DNA of 64,000 bases from Candidatus Hydrogenedentota bacterium (lineage in GTDB: Bacteria > Hydrogenedentota > Hydrogenedentia > Hydrogenedentales > SLHB01), in assembly GCA_045863335.1 (NCBI GenBank), contig BTVY01000012.1:1-64000 (forward strand), in the 5' to 3' direction. Positions 47,940 through 57,691 of the stretch are shown piece by piece; positions within the stretch are counted from its first letter, which is position 1, and every line of letters starts with the position of its first letter. Under the pieces are notes generated by a model, which was not told the origin of the DNA, made no database searches, and saw only the letters and a program-made list of their open reading frames with translations. The translations under genes and the position numbers were made by a program.

Positions 47940-49628
47940 GTGGGCATCCTGAAAAGCGCTCTGCTTTACGCAACAATCTGTCTGGCCGGTTTCGCTCTGG
48001 TTGGATGCGATTTGGACGGCGAAGGACTTAAGTGGGGTACGGCCGTTGCAGGCGATGACACTCCGGACTTCCCGGACGATGGTGGTGATGGCGGCGAAGA
48101 CCCGGGCGATGGCGGCGGTGGCAACGGGGGTGGCGGTGGAGGCGGCGGAGGCGGCACCGTAGATCGCCGCTTTGAAGGCACATGGATTGCCGCATTTGGC
48201 GACGACCTTCCCCAAGGCGCCGGGCGCAGACAACATGCGCTGCGATTGGTCTTGAACCAGACGAACGCGTCCATCACGGGCAACGGGAACGTGTTCCGGT
48301 TCTTCAACCAAGGTTCGAGTGCGTTCGACGCACAGCCATTCACGGTGCAAGTAACGGGCACGGCCAACGGCGATGACGCGGTGCTCACGCTGAGCGCCGG
48401 GAATCAATTCAACAACAATCCCAATCTGTGGCTGCGTTTGGCGGGTAGCCGCTTGGTGGCGCTGTACGCGGAACGAAATCCAAACCTCACGCTGGACCGC
48501 TCCGGGCATCTGGTCTTCCACCGCGTAGGGACCACGGACATCGATCAAACCTGGGCGGCGGCGTTCAGCGATGACTTTGGCGCGGGTGGTGCCTTCGCCG
48601 CGCGGGACCGCACCGCCAGCATGACCCTTGCCGCCGCGGGAGATGGCGCGCTGAGCGGGCTCGGCGCGTATGTGGAGCAGCGGCCCGGAGACGTGGTGCA
48701 GGTATTGGATTTCGACGTGATTCAGGGATTCCTCAGCGGCACGCAGACGGAACTGCGATTCGGCAACTTCAATCCGGCATCCGGCGAAGCGGACTGGTTC
48801 GGCTATCACAGCGGTAGTGTCATCGTGGCGGCCTATGGACAGTTCAACAACTCCAACCAACTGGCCCGATTCGGCCACGCCACCTGGTACGACGCGGGGG
48901 ACCCGGAACCCGCGGATTTTGAACGGCAATGGGTCACTTCGTTCAGCGATGCGCGCGGCGCGGGCAATTTCGTTGCGGACTATTTGATGGTCATGTCCGG
49001 GGTGTCGGTAAGCGGTAACGCCGTGACCGGCACGGTCCGCGTGCTGGACGAGTCCGAGCCGTCCCCGGCATTTGCAAGCTATACCATCGAGAACGGGATT
49101 ATCGTCGGCAACGAGCTGGTCATGGACGCCGTTCGTTCGGGCCGGCGGTTCTCGTGGAACCTGCGCCTGGCGGGCCCGGTCCTCGTGGGCTCGTACCAGC
49201 AGTTCAACAGCAACGACCAGTTTGTCAGCAGCGGGGTCGCGGAATGGAGGTTCGGCCCGACGAACAGCCTGAGCGGCACCTACGCGGCGTCCTACTTCGA
49301 CGGTTCCACGACCAGCGGTTCGGAGAACCGCGCGAGCCAGCTTGCGATCATCACGATTGGCAACGTCGCCAACGACGGCACCTTCACGGGTACCGGGTCG
49401 GTGCGCCTCGCCGGAGAGCAGAACCGGCGACAGTTCGCCATCACCGGTATCGTCGGCAGCGACAACCGCATCGAGATCGCCTGGAGCGGCGCAGACCTCT
49501 TCGGCGACACCGTGTGGAATCTCCGCAAGGCAGGGACGTACCTGTTCGGGACGTATACGAATTTCGCATCGAACAATCAGACCGTTGAGTTTCAAGGCAG
49601 CGCCACGTTCCTACGCGGCAGCTCGTAA
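47940..49628 (+). CDS. Lipoprotein with Gly-rich linker and four tandem beta-rich repeats
   Basis: AGGAG RBS plus GTG; lipobox LVGC; about 120-aa repeats starting FEGTW, IDQTW, FERQW, LSGTY. Confidence 0.75.
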   Translation: MGILKSALLYATICLAGFALVGCDLDGEGLKWGTAVAGDDTPDFPDDGGDGGEDPGDGGGGNGGGGGGGGGGTVDRRFEGTWIAAFGDDLPQGAGRRQHALRLVLNQTNASITGNGNVFRFFNQGSSAFDAQPFTVQVTGTANGDDAVLTLSAGNQFNNNPNLWLRLAGSRLVALYAERNPNLTLDRSGHLVFHRVGTTDIDQTWAAAFSDDFGAGGAFAARDRTASMTLAAAGDGALSGLGAYVEQRPGDVVQVLDFDVIQGFLSGTQTELRFGNFNPASGEADWFGYHSGSVIVAAYGQFNNSNQLARFGHATWYDAGDPEPADFERQWVTSFSDARGAGNFVADYLMVMSGVSVSGNAVTGTVRVLDESEPSPAFASYTIENGIIVGNELVMDAVRSGRRFSWNLRLAGPVLVGSYQQFNSNDQFVSSGVAEWRFGPTNSLSGTYAASYFDGSTTSGSENRASQLAIITIGNVANDGTFTGTGSVRLAGEQNRRQFAITGIVGSDNRIEIAWSGADLFGDTVWNLRKAGTYLFGTYTNFASNNQTVEFQGSATFLRGSS

Positions 49629-49635
49629 GGATTCT

Positions 49636-49682
49636 GTCCATCGGATCGGACCGATTCGACTAATCAGTCGGATCCGTCTGAC
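49636..49682. repeat. 9-bp periodic repeat (ATCGGACCG ATTCGACTA ATCAGTCGG ATCCGTCTG)
   Basis: Same family as 39474-39514; right after a stop codon. Confidence 0.7.
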
Positions 49683-49757
49683 TGCTCCGGCGATGGTGCC
49701 GCGAAGCCTGTATCCTGGAGATAAATCCAGCCACTGCTCCAAAAAGGAAGTGCCCGA

Positions 49758-50585
49758 TTGTTCGATGATTTCATTCTTCCTGGCACACCGCCGGTCTTGT
49801 TCTGGACGTTCGTCGCTGTAGCCATCCTGATCCAGGGGATCAGCAAATCGGGGTTCGCGGGTGGCGCGGGCGTTTTGTCGCTGCCGCTCATGATGCTGGT
49901 GATGCCCGTGCAGAAAGTGGCGGCCATGCTGCTGCCGCTCCTGATCCTCTGCGACATGAACGCCATCTACCATCACCGGAACAACAAGGACTGGCGCGTC
50001 ATACGATCCATCTACATCCCCTGCATCGCCGGCATTCTGCTGGGCGCCGTCGTGTGGTGGTACATCGGACAAGGCGACGTCCAAGCCTACGCGCCGTATC
50101 TCAAGAAGTTCGTCGGCGCCATCGCAATCGTGTTTGTCCTGTACATCGTCGTTCGCGAAGCCGCCATGGAATGGGTCAGCCGGTACCGGCCCGGTCCGAA
50201 AGCCGCCATCGCCGCCGGAGTCTCCGCGGGGTTTTGTTCCACCATCGCCCACGCGGCGGGTCCCATTGTCGGGTTGTATATCTTCGCCCATGGACTGGGA
50301 AAATCATTGTTCGTGGGGACCGTGGCGTGGACCTTCACGCTCATCAACTTAACGAAGCTGCCCTTCTATTTTGCCGTAGGTCTGATCCAGCCCGATGTGC
50401 TGGCGTTGGATCTCGTGCTCGTACCGCTGATTCCGATCGGATCGTATCTGGGCAAGTGGATGCATCACCGCGTGCCGGAAACGCTCTTCAACCGAACCAT
50501 CGCGATATTGACGGTGCTGGCGGCGCTCCAATTGCTGTTCAATCTCGACGTGATTGGGGTGGTTCTGCAAACCATAACCCCATAG
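49758..50585 (+). CDS. Sulfite exporter TauE/SafE family membrane protein
   Basis: GISKSGFAGGAG, LLPLLILCD, HAAGP, NLTKLPFY; about 8 TM. Confidence 0.88.
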   Translation: MFDDFILPGTPPVLFWTFVAVAILIQGISKSGFAGGAGVLSLPLMMLVMPVQKVAAMLLPLLILCDMNAIYHHRNNKDWRVIRSIYIPCIAGILLGAVVWWYIGQGDVQAYAPYLKKFVGAIAIVFVLYIVVREAAMEWVSRYRPGPKAAIAAGVSAGFCSTIAHAAGPIVGLYIFAHGLGKSLFVGTVAWTFTLINLTKLPFYFAVGLIQPDVLALDLVLVPLIPIGSYLGKWMHHRVPETLFNRTIAILTVLAALQLLFNLDVIGVVLQTITP

Positions 50586-50778
50586 AGGCCAGTGGTGAAT
50601 GTGGTCACTACAGGCCGATTTCATAATACGCATTAATCTCGAATTAATATACTTTTGCACCTATCGCGACTAGCCAAACACCGGATTTGCGGGGTACAAT
50701 CCTCTTGTTAGCGAGACCGGGGATCGCTATCTCTGTTGGATTGGGTAAACACATCTGGGGGACGAAGGAGGCAGATCC

Positions 50779-51672
50779 ATGCTCGGGTTCCAATCACGGT
50801 TCAAGATTCTATCGTTAATCTGTTTTGTCGCGCTGGTCCTGGCAATCGGTAGCGGGTGCCCCAGAACCGTTCCGACGGGTAAGGCCAAAGTGACGACCGC
50901 CTTTACGGCAGACTCAGGGTCATTCAAGAATGCCCTTGTCAAGGCGTTGAGCACGGAGAAAGCCGTTGTTGCCATTGACGATGTTTATAGCTTGACGGTT
51001 ACTATCGACGAAATCGCCCTGGACCATGACAACGATGATGCCGAAGAAGAAGAGGGAGACGACGACAAGGCAAACAAGGCGAAGGTCGTCGTATTCACCG
51101 GCCCGCTGGACGTCAATCTTCTCGACTTGACGGCGGTATCCGAGGCGCTGTCGACGGCGGAAGTACCAGCCGGAACGTACACGAAGATACGGCTGGCGAT
51201 AAGCAATCCGCGCTTGGTGTTGAATTCGGATCCCAACACCGAAATCACGAACATTAAACTCACGGCGAACGGACATCTGTTCATCAATCAAACGTTCACC
51301 TTGCAGGACGGGGAGCAGAGTCTTCTTCTGCTCGACTTCGGCGGAATCCATCTCGTGCAGAACGGGAATGGCCGGTATGTGCTGACCCCGCAGTTACAGG
51401 CCGACCTGACGCAAATGTCTGCCGATGTAATGGCCAGCGGTGAGATCGCCAATCTGGACATGGACGCGGACCTGTTCACGTTGCTGTTGATGGACGGCGA
51501 ATTGGAGGTTGACTACAGCACGGCCGCAATCTTCCTGGAAACGGATACCGACACGGCGACAGGCACCGAAGCCGATCTTGCGGACGGCCTCATGGTCGAA
51601 GTGACGGGGCTGTTGCAGGTGGACGGATCCGTCGTGGCGAGTTCGGTCCGGATACTGCCGGCCGCTCCGTAA
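50779..51672 (+). CDS. Lipoprotein, DUF4382-like plus C-terminal DUF5666-like domain
   Basis: AGGAGG RBS; lipobox GSGC; VNLLDL, VPAGTYTKIRL, LLDF, LTP; LADGLMVEVTG. Confidence 0.7.
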   Translation: MLGFQSRFKILSLICFVALVLAIGSGCPRTVPTGKAKVTTAFTADSGSFKNALVKALSTEKAVVAIDDVYSLTVTIDEIALDHDNDDAEEEEGDDDKANKAKVVVFTGPLDVNLLDLTAVSEALSTAEVPAGTYTKIRLAISNPRLVLNSDPNTEITNIKLTANGHLFINQTFTLQDGEQSLLLLDFGGIHLVQNGNGRYVLTPQLQADLTQMSADVMASGEIANLDMDADLFTLLLMDGELEVDYSTAAIFLETDTDTATGTEADLADGLMVEVTGLLQVDGSVVASSVRILPAAP

Positions 51673-51698
51673 CACGAACCAGAATCCCGACTCCTTTT

Positions 51699-51732
51699 GC
51701 GGGGAGTAGCCCTTGCGGCTGCTCCCCGTTTT
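51699..51732 (+). terminator. Intrinsic terminator
   Basis: GCGGGGAGTAGCC-CTTGC-GGCTGCTCCCCGT followed by TTT. Confidence 0.8.
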
Positions 51733-51841
51733 CATTTTCCGCGAACAGGAGGCGACACGTTCACTTGTATTGCTACGTTGACGGCGGATCGGAGAGTTGC
51801 CATCATATGCGGCGTACGCCAATCAGTAACAGGGGCCAGTC

Positions 51842-53617
51842 ATGACCGCAATACTCATCCTGTCGGCAACAATGTTCGCGGCGCCGTCCGAAATCGTCTA
51901 TTTCGATATGCAGCAGTGTCTGGCGGAACTGCCGGACGATTCGGTGCTGCGGTACGACGCAGTGAAACTGGTCGCGTCGCTGCAAGGGCTCGTCAACCGC
52001 GAGGAACCGCGCCTCGTCATCCGCTTTCTGGCCGGGCCAGGCCCCGAGGGCGCGATCAACATCGACGACTATTGGCTCGCCCGGATGCAGAAAGGCTGGT
52101 TGAAGGAACTTCCGGTTCGGCGCATGGCGTCGCTCGACGACCTGCTCGCCCACTTCGAAGCGGACCTGCGGGGCGTCGTCGTGTGGGATCCGAGAGTCGT
52201 CGCGACGGCCAATGTGGCGGCGACGATTTGCGGCGTGGAAGGTTGGTTGCCGGTCCGCGCGGACTCGGCCCTGTACGCGCGCATCGTGGATGGCGGACCG
52301 CATTCGCCGGTGAAGATGTCGCTCGTCGATACGTTCGACGGGGCGCGAAGCGGGAGCGCCAAGTGCGACGCGTATCTCTGGGCGAAGGAGGAGTATCTGG
52401 ACAAGGGCCGCTGCAATCCCGAGTTGATGGCCTACTACATCGACGCCTATTCGCAACAACCGGACAAGCCGGGATTTCATTACCACGATCTGCACAACGC
52501 GACGCTTGCGAACCACGACTACTACATCGCGAACCGTGCGTTCTTTTTCGATCTGGGCCCCTGGGCCGACGAGGTCCCCGTCGACGATCCTGGCCAACCG
52601 CTTGGAACGGATCATGCCACGTTGCTTGCGCTGCTCCGTTCCCAGTACGGGCAGAACCAGGGAAAGGCTTTTACGACGGTCGGCGGTTTCGTGCCGTGGA
52701 ACCTGAAGTACACGAACCACGGCCCCGCCGGGGGCACGCATGAACCGGTGCCCACGGAATGGGAGTACGCGGCCATCCTGTCGGCGCACAACGCCATCAT
52801 GGACGCGGATGCGCTCGGTCTTTCGTGTATGACGAATGCGTCCGCTTACATGCACTACCCGTTGAACCGGCGCTACAAGCAGAATATTCGTCCTGAGCCG
52901 CAGCCATTGGAGAAGAAGACCTACGTGCTCGTGTACATGGGTGATTACGATTCGGCGGCGTGGCTATCGACGCATATTCCGTCCGTATGGGACGACTCCG
53001 TGCGCGGGGAGTTCCCCATCGCGTGGGCCTTCAATCCGAATCTCGCCGCGCGCGCGCCCTACGTATTCGACTATATCTACGCGACGAAATCGGCCAACGA
53101 TTGGTTCATCGCGGGCGATTCGGGCGCGGGATACCTCAATCCCAATCTCCTCACCGGCGACCGGCTCGGCAGCGGCTTGCCGGACGCGCTCGATCTGTGG
53201 GTGAAGCACAACCGCGCGTGGTATCAGCGGTTCGATTATTCCATTACCGGATTCGTCATCAACGGCTTCCACGGCGACATGCCGCTACGCGTCCAAGAAG
53301 CCTACGCACAATTCTCACCCGACGGGGTAGGTATGCAATTGGGGTTCGTGAAGCCCCTCGTGAACGGGACGCCCTTCGTCCGCCACGTGAGCGACATTTA
53401 CCCCAAGCGCGACAACCTCGCGGCGACGGCGGCCGAGATGGCCCGATTCGCGAAGCCGGAGAAGCCGCAGTTCCTCATCTACCGCATGATCCTGCAACGT
53501 CCGGAGACCCTCAAAGGCGTATACGATCACCTTCGCCGCGACTTTCCGGGCGAAAACTGGGAGATCTGCGACCCCTACACGTTCTTCGACCTGTACAAAC
53601 GATCGCTCCAGAACTGA
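51842..53617 (+). CDS. GxGYxYP family putative glycoside hydrolase
   Basis: SLQGLVNR, VVWDP, GDYDS, PIAWAFNP, DSGAGYLNP signature. Confidence 0.82.
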   Translation: MTAILILSATMFAAPSEIVYFDMQQCLAELPDDSVLRYDAVKLVASLQGLVNREEPRLVIRFLAGPGPEGAINIDDYWLARMQKGWLKELPVRRMASLDDLLAHFEADLRGVVVWDPRVVATANVAATICGVEGWLPVRADSALYARIVDGGPHSPVKMSLVDTFDGARSGSAKCDAYLWAKEEYLDKGRCNPELMAYYIDAYSQQPDKPGFHYHDLHNATLANHDYYIANRAFFFDLGPWADEVPVDDPGQPLGTDHATLLALLRSQYGQNQGKAFTTVGGFVPWNLKYTNHGPAGGTHEPVPTEWEYAAILSAHNAIMDADALGLSCMTNASAYMHYPLNRRYKQNIRPEPQPLEKKTYVLVYMGDYDSAAWLSTHIPSVWDDSVRGEFPIAWAFNPNLAARAPYVFDYIYATKSANDWFIAGDSGAGYLNPNLLTGDRLGSGLPDALDLWVKHNRAWYQRFDYSITGFVINGFHGDMPLRVQEAYAQFSPDGVGMQLGFVKPLVNGTPFVRHVSDIYPKRDNLAATAAEMARFAKPEKPQFLIYRMILQRPETLKGVYDHLRRDFPGENWEICDPYTFFDLYKRSLQN

Positions 53618-53718
53618 GCGGCGGAGGCCGGTGCCTGGAAATTGGGGCTGAGTCTGCCGGTTCCAGCATCGAGACGAGGTCAGCCGCAACGGCGAACGTG
53701 ATCTGAGAACCGGTATCG

Positions 53719-53739
53719 ATTTCAAATCTGAGATCTCAG
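53719..53739. repeat. Heptamer repeat remnant (ATTTCAA ATCTGAG ATCTCAG)
   Basis: 7-nt period; a further ATCTGAG at 53701. Confidence 0.45.
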
Positions 53740-53838
53740 ACTGGGAAAATGCGATACCAAGGCGTGTAGCCAGCGGGCGAAGGCTCGTTCGTTGCGAAGA
53801 ATTCTCCGGTCGACTCCACTGCAAAGGAAAGAAAAACA

Positions 53839-53917
53839 TTAGCCACAAAAGAACACATAGGACGCGAAAAGGAAAGAACAAGTTACTCTTGCGTTCTATG
53901 CGTTCTTTTGTGGCCAA
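53839..53917. repeat. Solo copy of the GxxExxY-flanking palindrome family
   Basis: TTAGCCACAAAAGAACACATAGGACGCGAAAA ... CTTGCGTTCTATGCGTTCTTTTGTGGCCAA. Confidence 0.88.
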
Positions 53918-54104
53918 AACACAGATGCAATAGGCATTGTAGATGAATATTTCCAATTCACTACGCGAAACTTGCAGGTTCCCATAGAAACCTGTATCCA
54001 AGAGGCGGGCCCGAGCGGCGGAGGCCAGTCGCGGGGCGTTCCGTTTTGTGCTAAGCTTTGGTGTGCGCTGGTTCCGGGATTTCTTCAACTGTCAGGAGTG
54101 TGCC

Positions 54105-55046
54105 ATGCCGTTATTCCGCCGTTCTTTCGTACTTGCCGTCCTTGCCTTCCTGTTCGTCGGGATTCTCCACGCACAGGAGAAGCACACGCTTCGCCTCAAT
54201 CTCGAACCGGGCCAGGAATTCCAACAGCGAATGGCGATGACTCAGACCATCGATCAGGTGATGAACGGCATTACGATTACGATGAACCAGGACATGACCC
54301 TCGACTACGCGTACAAGGTTACGGATCGGGACGCTGATGACGTGGCCACCGTCGAATGCACGTACCAACGCATCGCATCCAAGGTGAGCACGCAGGGGAT
54401 GGCGGTGTCGTACGATTCCGCGAATACAGACACGCCCGTTTCCGCGGAATTCCGGCCCATGGCCGCCATGGTGGGCAAATCGTTCACCATGCGGATCAGT
54501 CCACTGGGAACGGTCGAATCCACCGAAGGCTTATCGGAAATCCTGGACGCGGTCGTGGCGGAGATGTCGATGGAAGGCCCCGCGCGCGAGCAGGTCATCG
54601 CCAATATGAAGAACCAGTTCGGTGAAGAGGCCATGAAGGACTTGATCGAACAGGCAATGGCCATTTACCCGTCCGAACCGGTCGCGGTTGGCGACACGTG
54701 GAAGAAGACGCTGGACATTCGCCAAGTGGTTCCTATGCAGTTGGACAACACGTGGGTCCTGAAGGAAGTCAATAATGACACAGCAACCCTTGAAGTCACC
54801 TCGCTAATCGCCCCTCCCGGTGACGACACGAAGGTCGACATGATGGGGATGGAACTTGATGTGCGGCTCGAAGGCGCGCAAAGCGGCACCTCTACCATCG
54901 ATCGAAAGACCGGGTGGGTCGTTTCGAGTACCGTGAATCAGAATGTCGACGGCGAGATGGTCTTCCCGGCTGAAGCGGGGGCGCCGACAGGCATGACGAT
55001 TCCTATTGGGATTCGCAGCACGGTCGAATTGGGACCGGTGGAATAG
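54105..55046 (+). CDS. Secreted DUF6263-like protein
   Basis: AGGAG RBS, signal peptide; LRLNLEPG, YDS, VGKSFTM, YPSEPVAVGDTW, IDRKTGW. Confidence 0.7.
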   Translation: MPLFRRSFVLAVLAFLFVGILHAQEKHTLRLNLEPGQEFQQRMAMTQTIDQVMNGITITMNQDMTLDYAYKVTDRDADDVATVECTYQRIASKVSTQGMAVSYDSANTDTPVSAEFRPMAAMVGKSFTMRISPLGTVESTEGLSEILDAVVAEMSMEGPAREQVIANMKNQFGEEAMKDLIEQAMAIYPSEPVAVGDTWKKTLDIRQVVPMQLDNTWVLKEVNNDTATLEVTSLIAPPGDDTKVDMMGMELDVRLEGAQSGTSTIDRKTGWVVSSTVNQNVDGEMVFPAEAGAPTGMTIPIGIRSTVELGPVE

Positions 55047-55118
55047 CCTTCGGGTCTCTACGCCACCGGCGGAATCAGTCGTCTGCCACTCCCGCCCCGT
55101 TGGAAAGGAAGACGTACC

Positions 55119-57641
55119 ATGACTCCTCTCCTGATTGTTGCTGCGTGTTGCCTGGTGCAAGCGCCCGATCCCGCCTGGATCGACCTGGCTGCGGATTGGC
55201 GATTCAAACCGGATCCGGAGCATGTGGGGCTGCGCGACGGGTGGCTCAGCGTTTCCTATGACGACAGCGAATGGACTGCGCTCGACGCCGGGACCCGTTG
55301 GGAGGACCAAGGATTCCCGGAGTTGGACGGCTTCGCCTGGTACCGGCGCTGGGTAGACGTGCCGGCGTTGTGGGGCGGCGCAAAGGCCTGGCTTACCCTC
55401 GGCGCGGTAAACGACGCGTGCACGGTCTACTGTAACGGCGTGCGCATTAATTCTTACGGCGACGAGTCCGGACGGTCGGTGGCGAACACGCCCATCATTG
55501 CCGAGCTAAGCGCGCACCTGAAGCCGGGCGAGGCCAACCTGATCGCCATCGAGTGCCTGGATTGGGGCGGCAGCGGCGGCCTCTGGCAGTTGCCGTGCGC
55601 CATCACGACGGACCCGAACCGGTTGCCGGCCGATTCCGCGATCGCGTGCGTCAGCCAGTACGACGCGAAGCGCATCATCACTACGGTGGACCTGTCGGGA
55701 CTTGGCAACGACCGTCCCGATACCACGCTGCGCCTGGGGGTATTCAAAGGCGATAAGGATAGCCCCGCGGCCGAGACGTCGCTCGTGCTTCCGGCCGATG
55801 CGTTCGCAGCGACTGCCGTGTTCGACCTGAAGAGCCCCGACGCGGGCGATGTGTTTCACGTGCGGCTCCTGGCGGCCGAACCCGGCGACTCGGCTTTGGC
55901 AGGGTTGCCCATCGACCGAGCCGTGCCCTGGCCGGAAGCGCCCGGGTGGCCAGGCGACTATGCCGATCTTCCCGTGCGGAACAATTTTGTGACGGAGCTG
56001 CTGCGCGTGGAACTCGACGAAGCCGGTGGCGCGGATTATTCCATCCTCAATCCACGGAACGGGTGGATCTTCATCTCGGCGCAAACCGAACTCGAACAAG
56101 GGCCGCAAGTGGTCATCGACGGCGAGAACAATCCGGTGCAGTGGCGGCGCAACCCTGAGACCGGCGCATTCGAGGCGATGCGGTACCAGTCGGAAGGCAA
56201 GCACAATATTGCCGTGGCGGCGAATGCGAAAGGCACGTTCGAGGTGCTCACGGTGCCTGAGTTGATGTACTGCTACTACCCCGCGACGCCGCATATCGCG
56301 CCGTACGGGCCATACGATTGGGCCTACGTGTCGCGTCATGTGCTGCCGCACGTCAATACCATCGTGACGGCGGGACCCGAACAGGAAGCCTTCGACCAAT
56401 GGCGGAGCGAGGGCCGGGCCTGGATCAGCAACGCGTCGTTGCCGGGTCTGGCGAGCGCCCAAGCGCCGACGGTGGATCAGGTGTACGAAGCGTGGCGCGC
56501 TAATCCGGGAGTCACTCAGGAAGGGTACTCGGGGATGATCGTGGACGAGTTCCTCTTCGCGGGCGACGACTATTACGCGGCGTGGACAGGAGCGCTGGAG
56601 CGTCTCGCGCACGACCCCGCGTTCGAACACCGCAAGTTCTACGCGTGGTGCGGCGACCTGTACGAGTATCCGTCGAGCGCCACGTTCCAGCAGCAGATCG
56701 CGGAACTGGGGCACCGGTTCGCCTGGGAGAAGTACTTGCCCGAAGCGCGTACGCCGGAAGCGGCCGCGTCCGAGATCGCGCGCAACTTTCAGCAGGACTT
56801 GTCCGTCTGGCAAGCATCCATGCCGGACGTGGCGCAGCGGACGATCATGACGTTGGGATACCTCTGTGCGCCGCCGGAGAGTCTGAACCGTGACCCCGCA
56901 GTCGATTACCACGTGTTCATGGACATGCAGTTTCACCATCTCGCCACGGAGCCGGCCTTGTGGGGCCTTTACGGCATCATGGAATACTCGGCAAGTTATG
57001 CGGACGAGGAATCGCTGCGCTGGGCGCACCAGTTGTTCCGGCACTATTGCATCGAGGGGAACAGGGAACGGTTGACCAGCGATCCGTATGTGCTGCCGCA
57101 CATCGAGAATCCAGACTTCCTGTACGGGTTGCAGGGATGGGACGTCGTCGCGGCGGCAGACGGTTCGATTGACACCGGCGTCATGGAGGGCTTCAGTTGG
57201 CTTCAGGGCCGGTATCCGCGCGTCGGAATCGGCGATCAGTACGCGCGCATGACTCGATCGGGGGAACGTCCGAACCGGATCAGCCAGACGATCCGGGCGC
57301 TCGAACCGGGACGGCTCTATTCGGTGAAAGCGATCGCGGCGGACTTGAACGACCTTGGCAAAGAGCAGAGCGTGGCGTTGCGAATCCAAGTTGCGGAAGC
57401 GGAGCCGGTGCCGGAGTTCTGCTTCGTGTACGCGTACCCCAGCAACTATGCGCATACGTTTGGCGATTTCAACCGGGAGCACCCAGCGTGGTTCACGTTC
57501 CAGCGGTATGTATTTCGCGCCACCAGCGAAACAGCAACGCTGCACGTTCTCGACTGGGTGGCGGAAGATACGCCGGGCGGCGATACGGGACAGGAAATCG
57601 GGTTCAACTTTATCGAGGTACAACCATTCCGCGAGCCGTAG
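55119..57641 (+). CDS. Secreted protein with GH2-type sugar-binding N-domain and an unassigned catalytic region
   Basis: WRFKPDP...DGFAWYRR...LGAVND...VYCNG...GGLW; C-terminal CBM-like NPDF..GLQGW. Confidence 0.65.
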   Translation: MTPLLIVAACCLVQAPDPAWIDLAADWRFKPDPEHVGLRDGWLSVSYDDSEWTALDAGTRWEDQGFPELDGFAWYRRWVDVPALWGGAKAWLTLGAVNDACTVYCNGVRINSYGDESGRSVANTPIIAELSAHLKPGEANLIAIECLDWGGSGGLWQLPCAITTDPNRLPADSAIACVSQYDAKRIITTVDLSGLGNDRPDTTLRLGVFKGDKDSPAAETSLVLPADAFAATAVFDLKSPDAGDVFHVRLLAAEPGDSALAGLPIDRAVPWPEAPGWPGDYADLPVRNNFVTELLRVELDEAGGADYSILNPRNGWIFISAQTELEQGPQVVIDGENNPVQWRRNPETGAFEAMRYQSEGKHNIAVAANAKGTFEVLTVPELMYCYYPATPHIAPYGPYDWAYVSRHVLPHVNTIVTAGPEQEAFDQWRSEGRAWISNASLPGLASAQAPTVDQVYEAWRANPGVTQEGYSGMIVDEFLFAGDDYYAAWTGALERLAHDPAFEHRKFYAWCGDLYEYPSSATFQQQIAELGHRFAWEKYLPEARTPEAAASEIARNFQQDLSVWQASMPDVAQRTIMTLGYLCAPPESLNRDPAVDYHVFMDMQFHHLATEPALWGLYGIMEYSASYADEESLRWAHQLFRHYCIEGNRERLTSDPYVLPHIENPDFLYGLQGWDVVAAADGSIDTGVMEGFSWLQGRYPRVGIGDQYARMTRSGERPNRISQTIRALEPGRLYSVKAIAADLNDLGKEQSVALRIQVAEAEPVPEFCFVYAYPSNYAHTFGDFNREHPAWFTFQRYVFRATSETATLHVLDWVAEDTPGGDTGQEIGFNFIEVQPFREP

Positions 57642-57691
57642 TAAAGATCACAGGTGAGGGCACCTGTGTCTTTCTTGGTTGCGGTCGAGGC

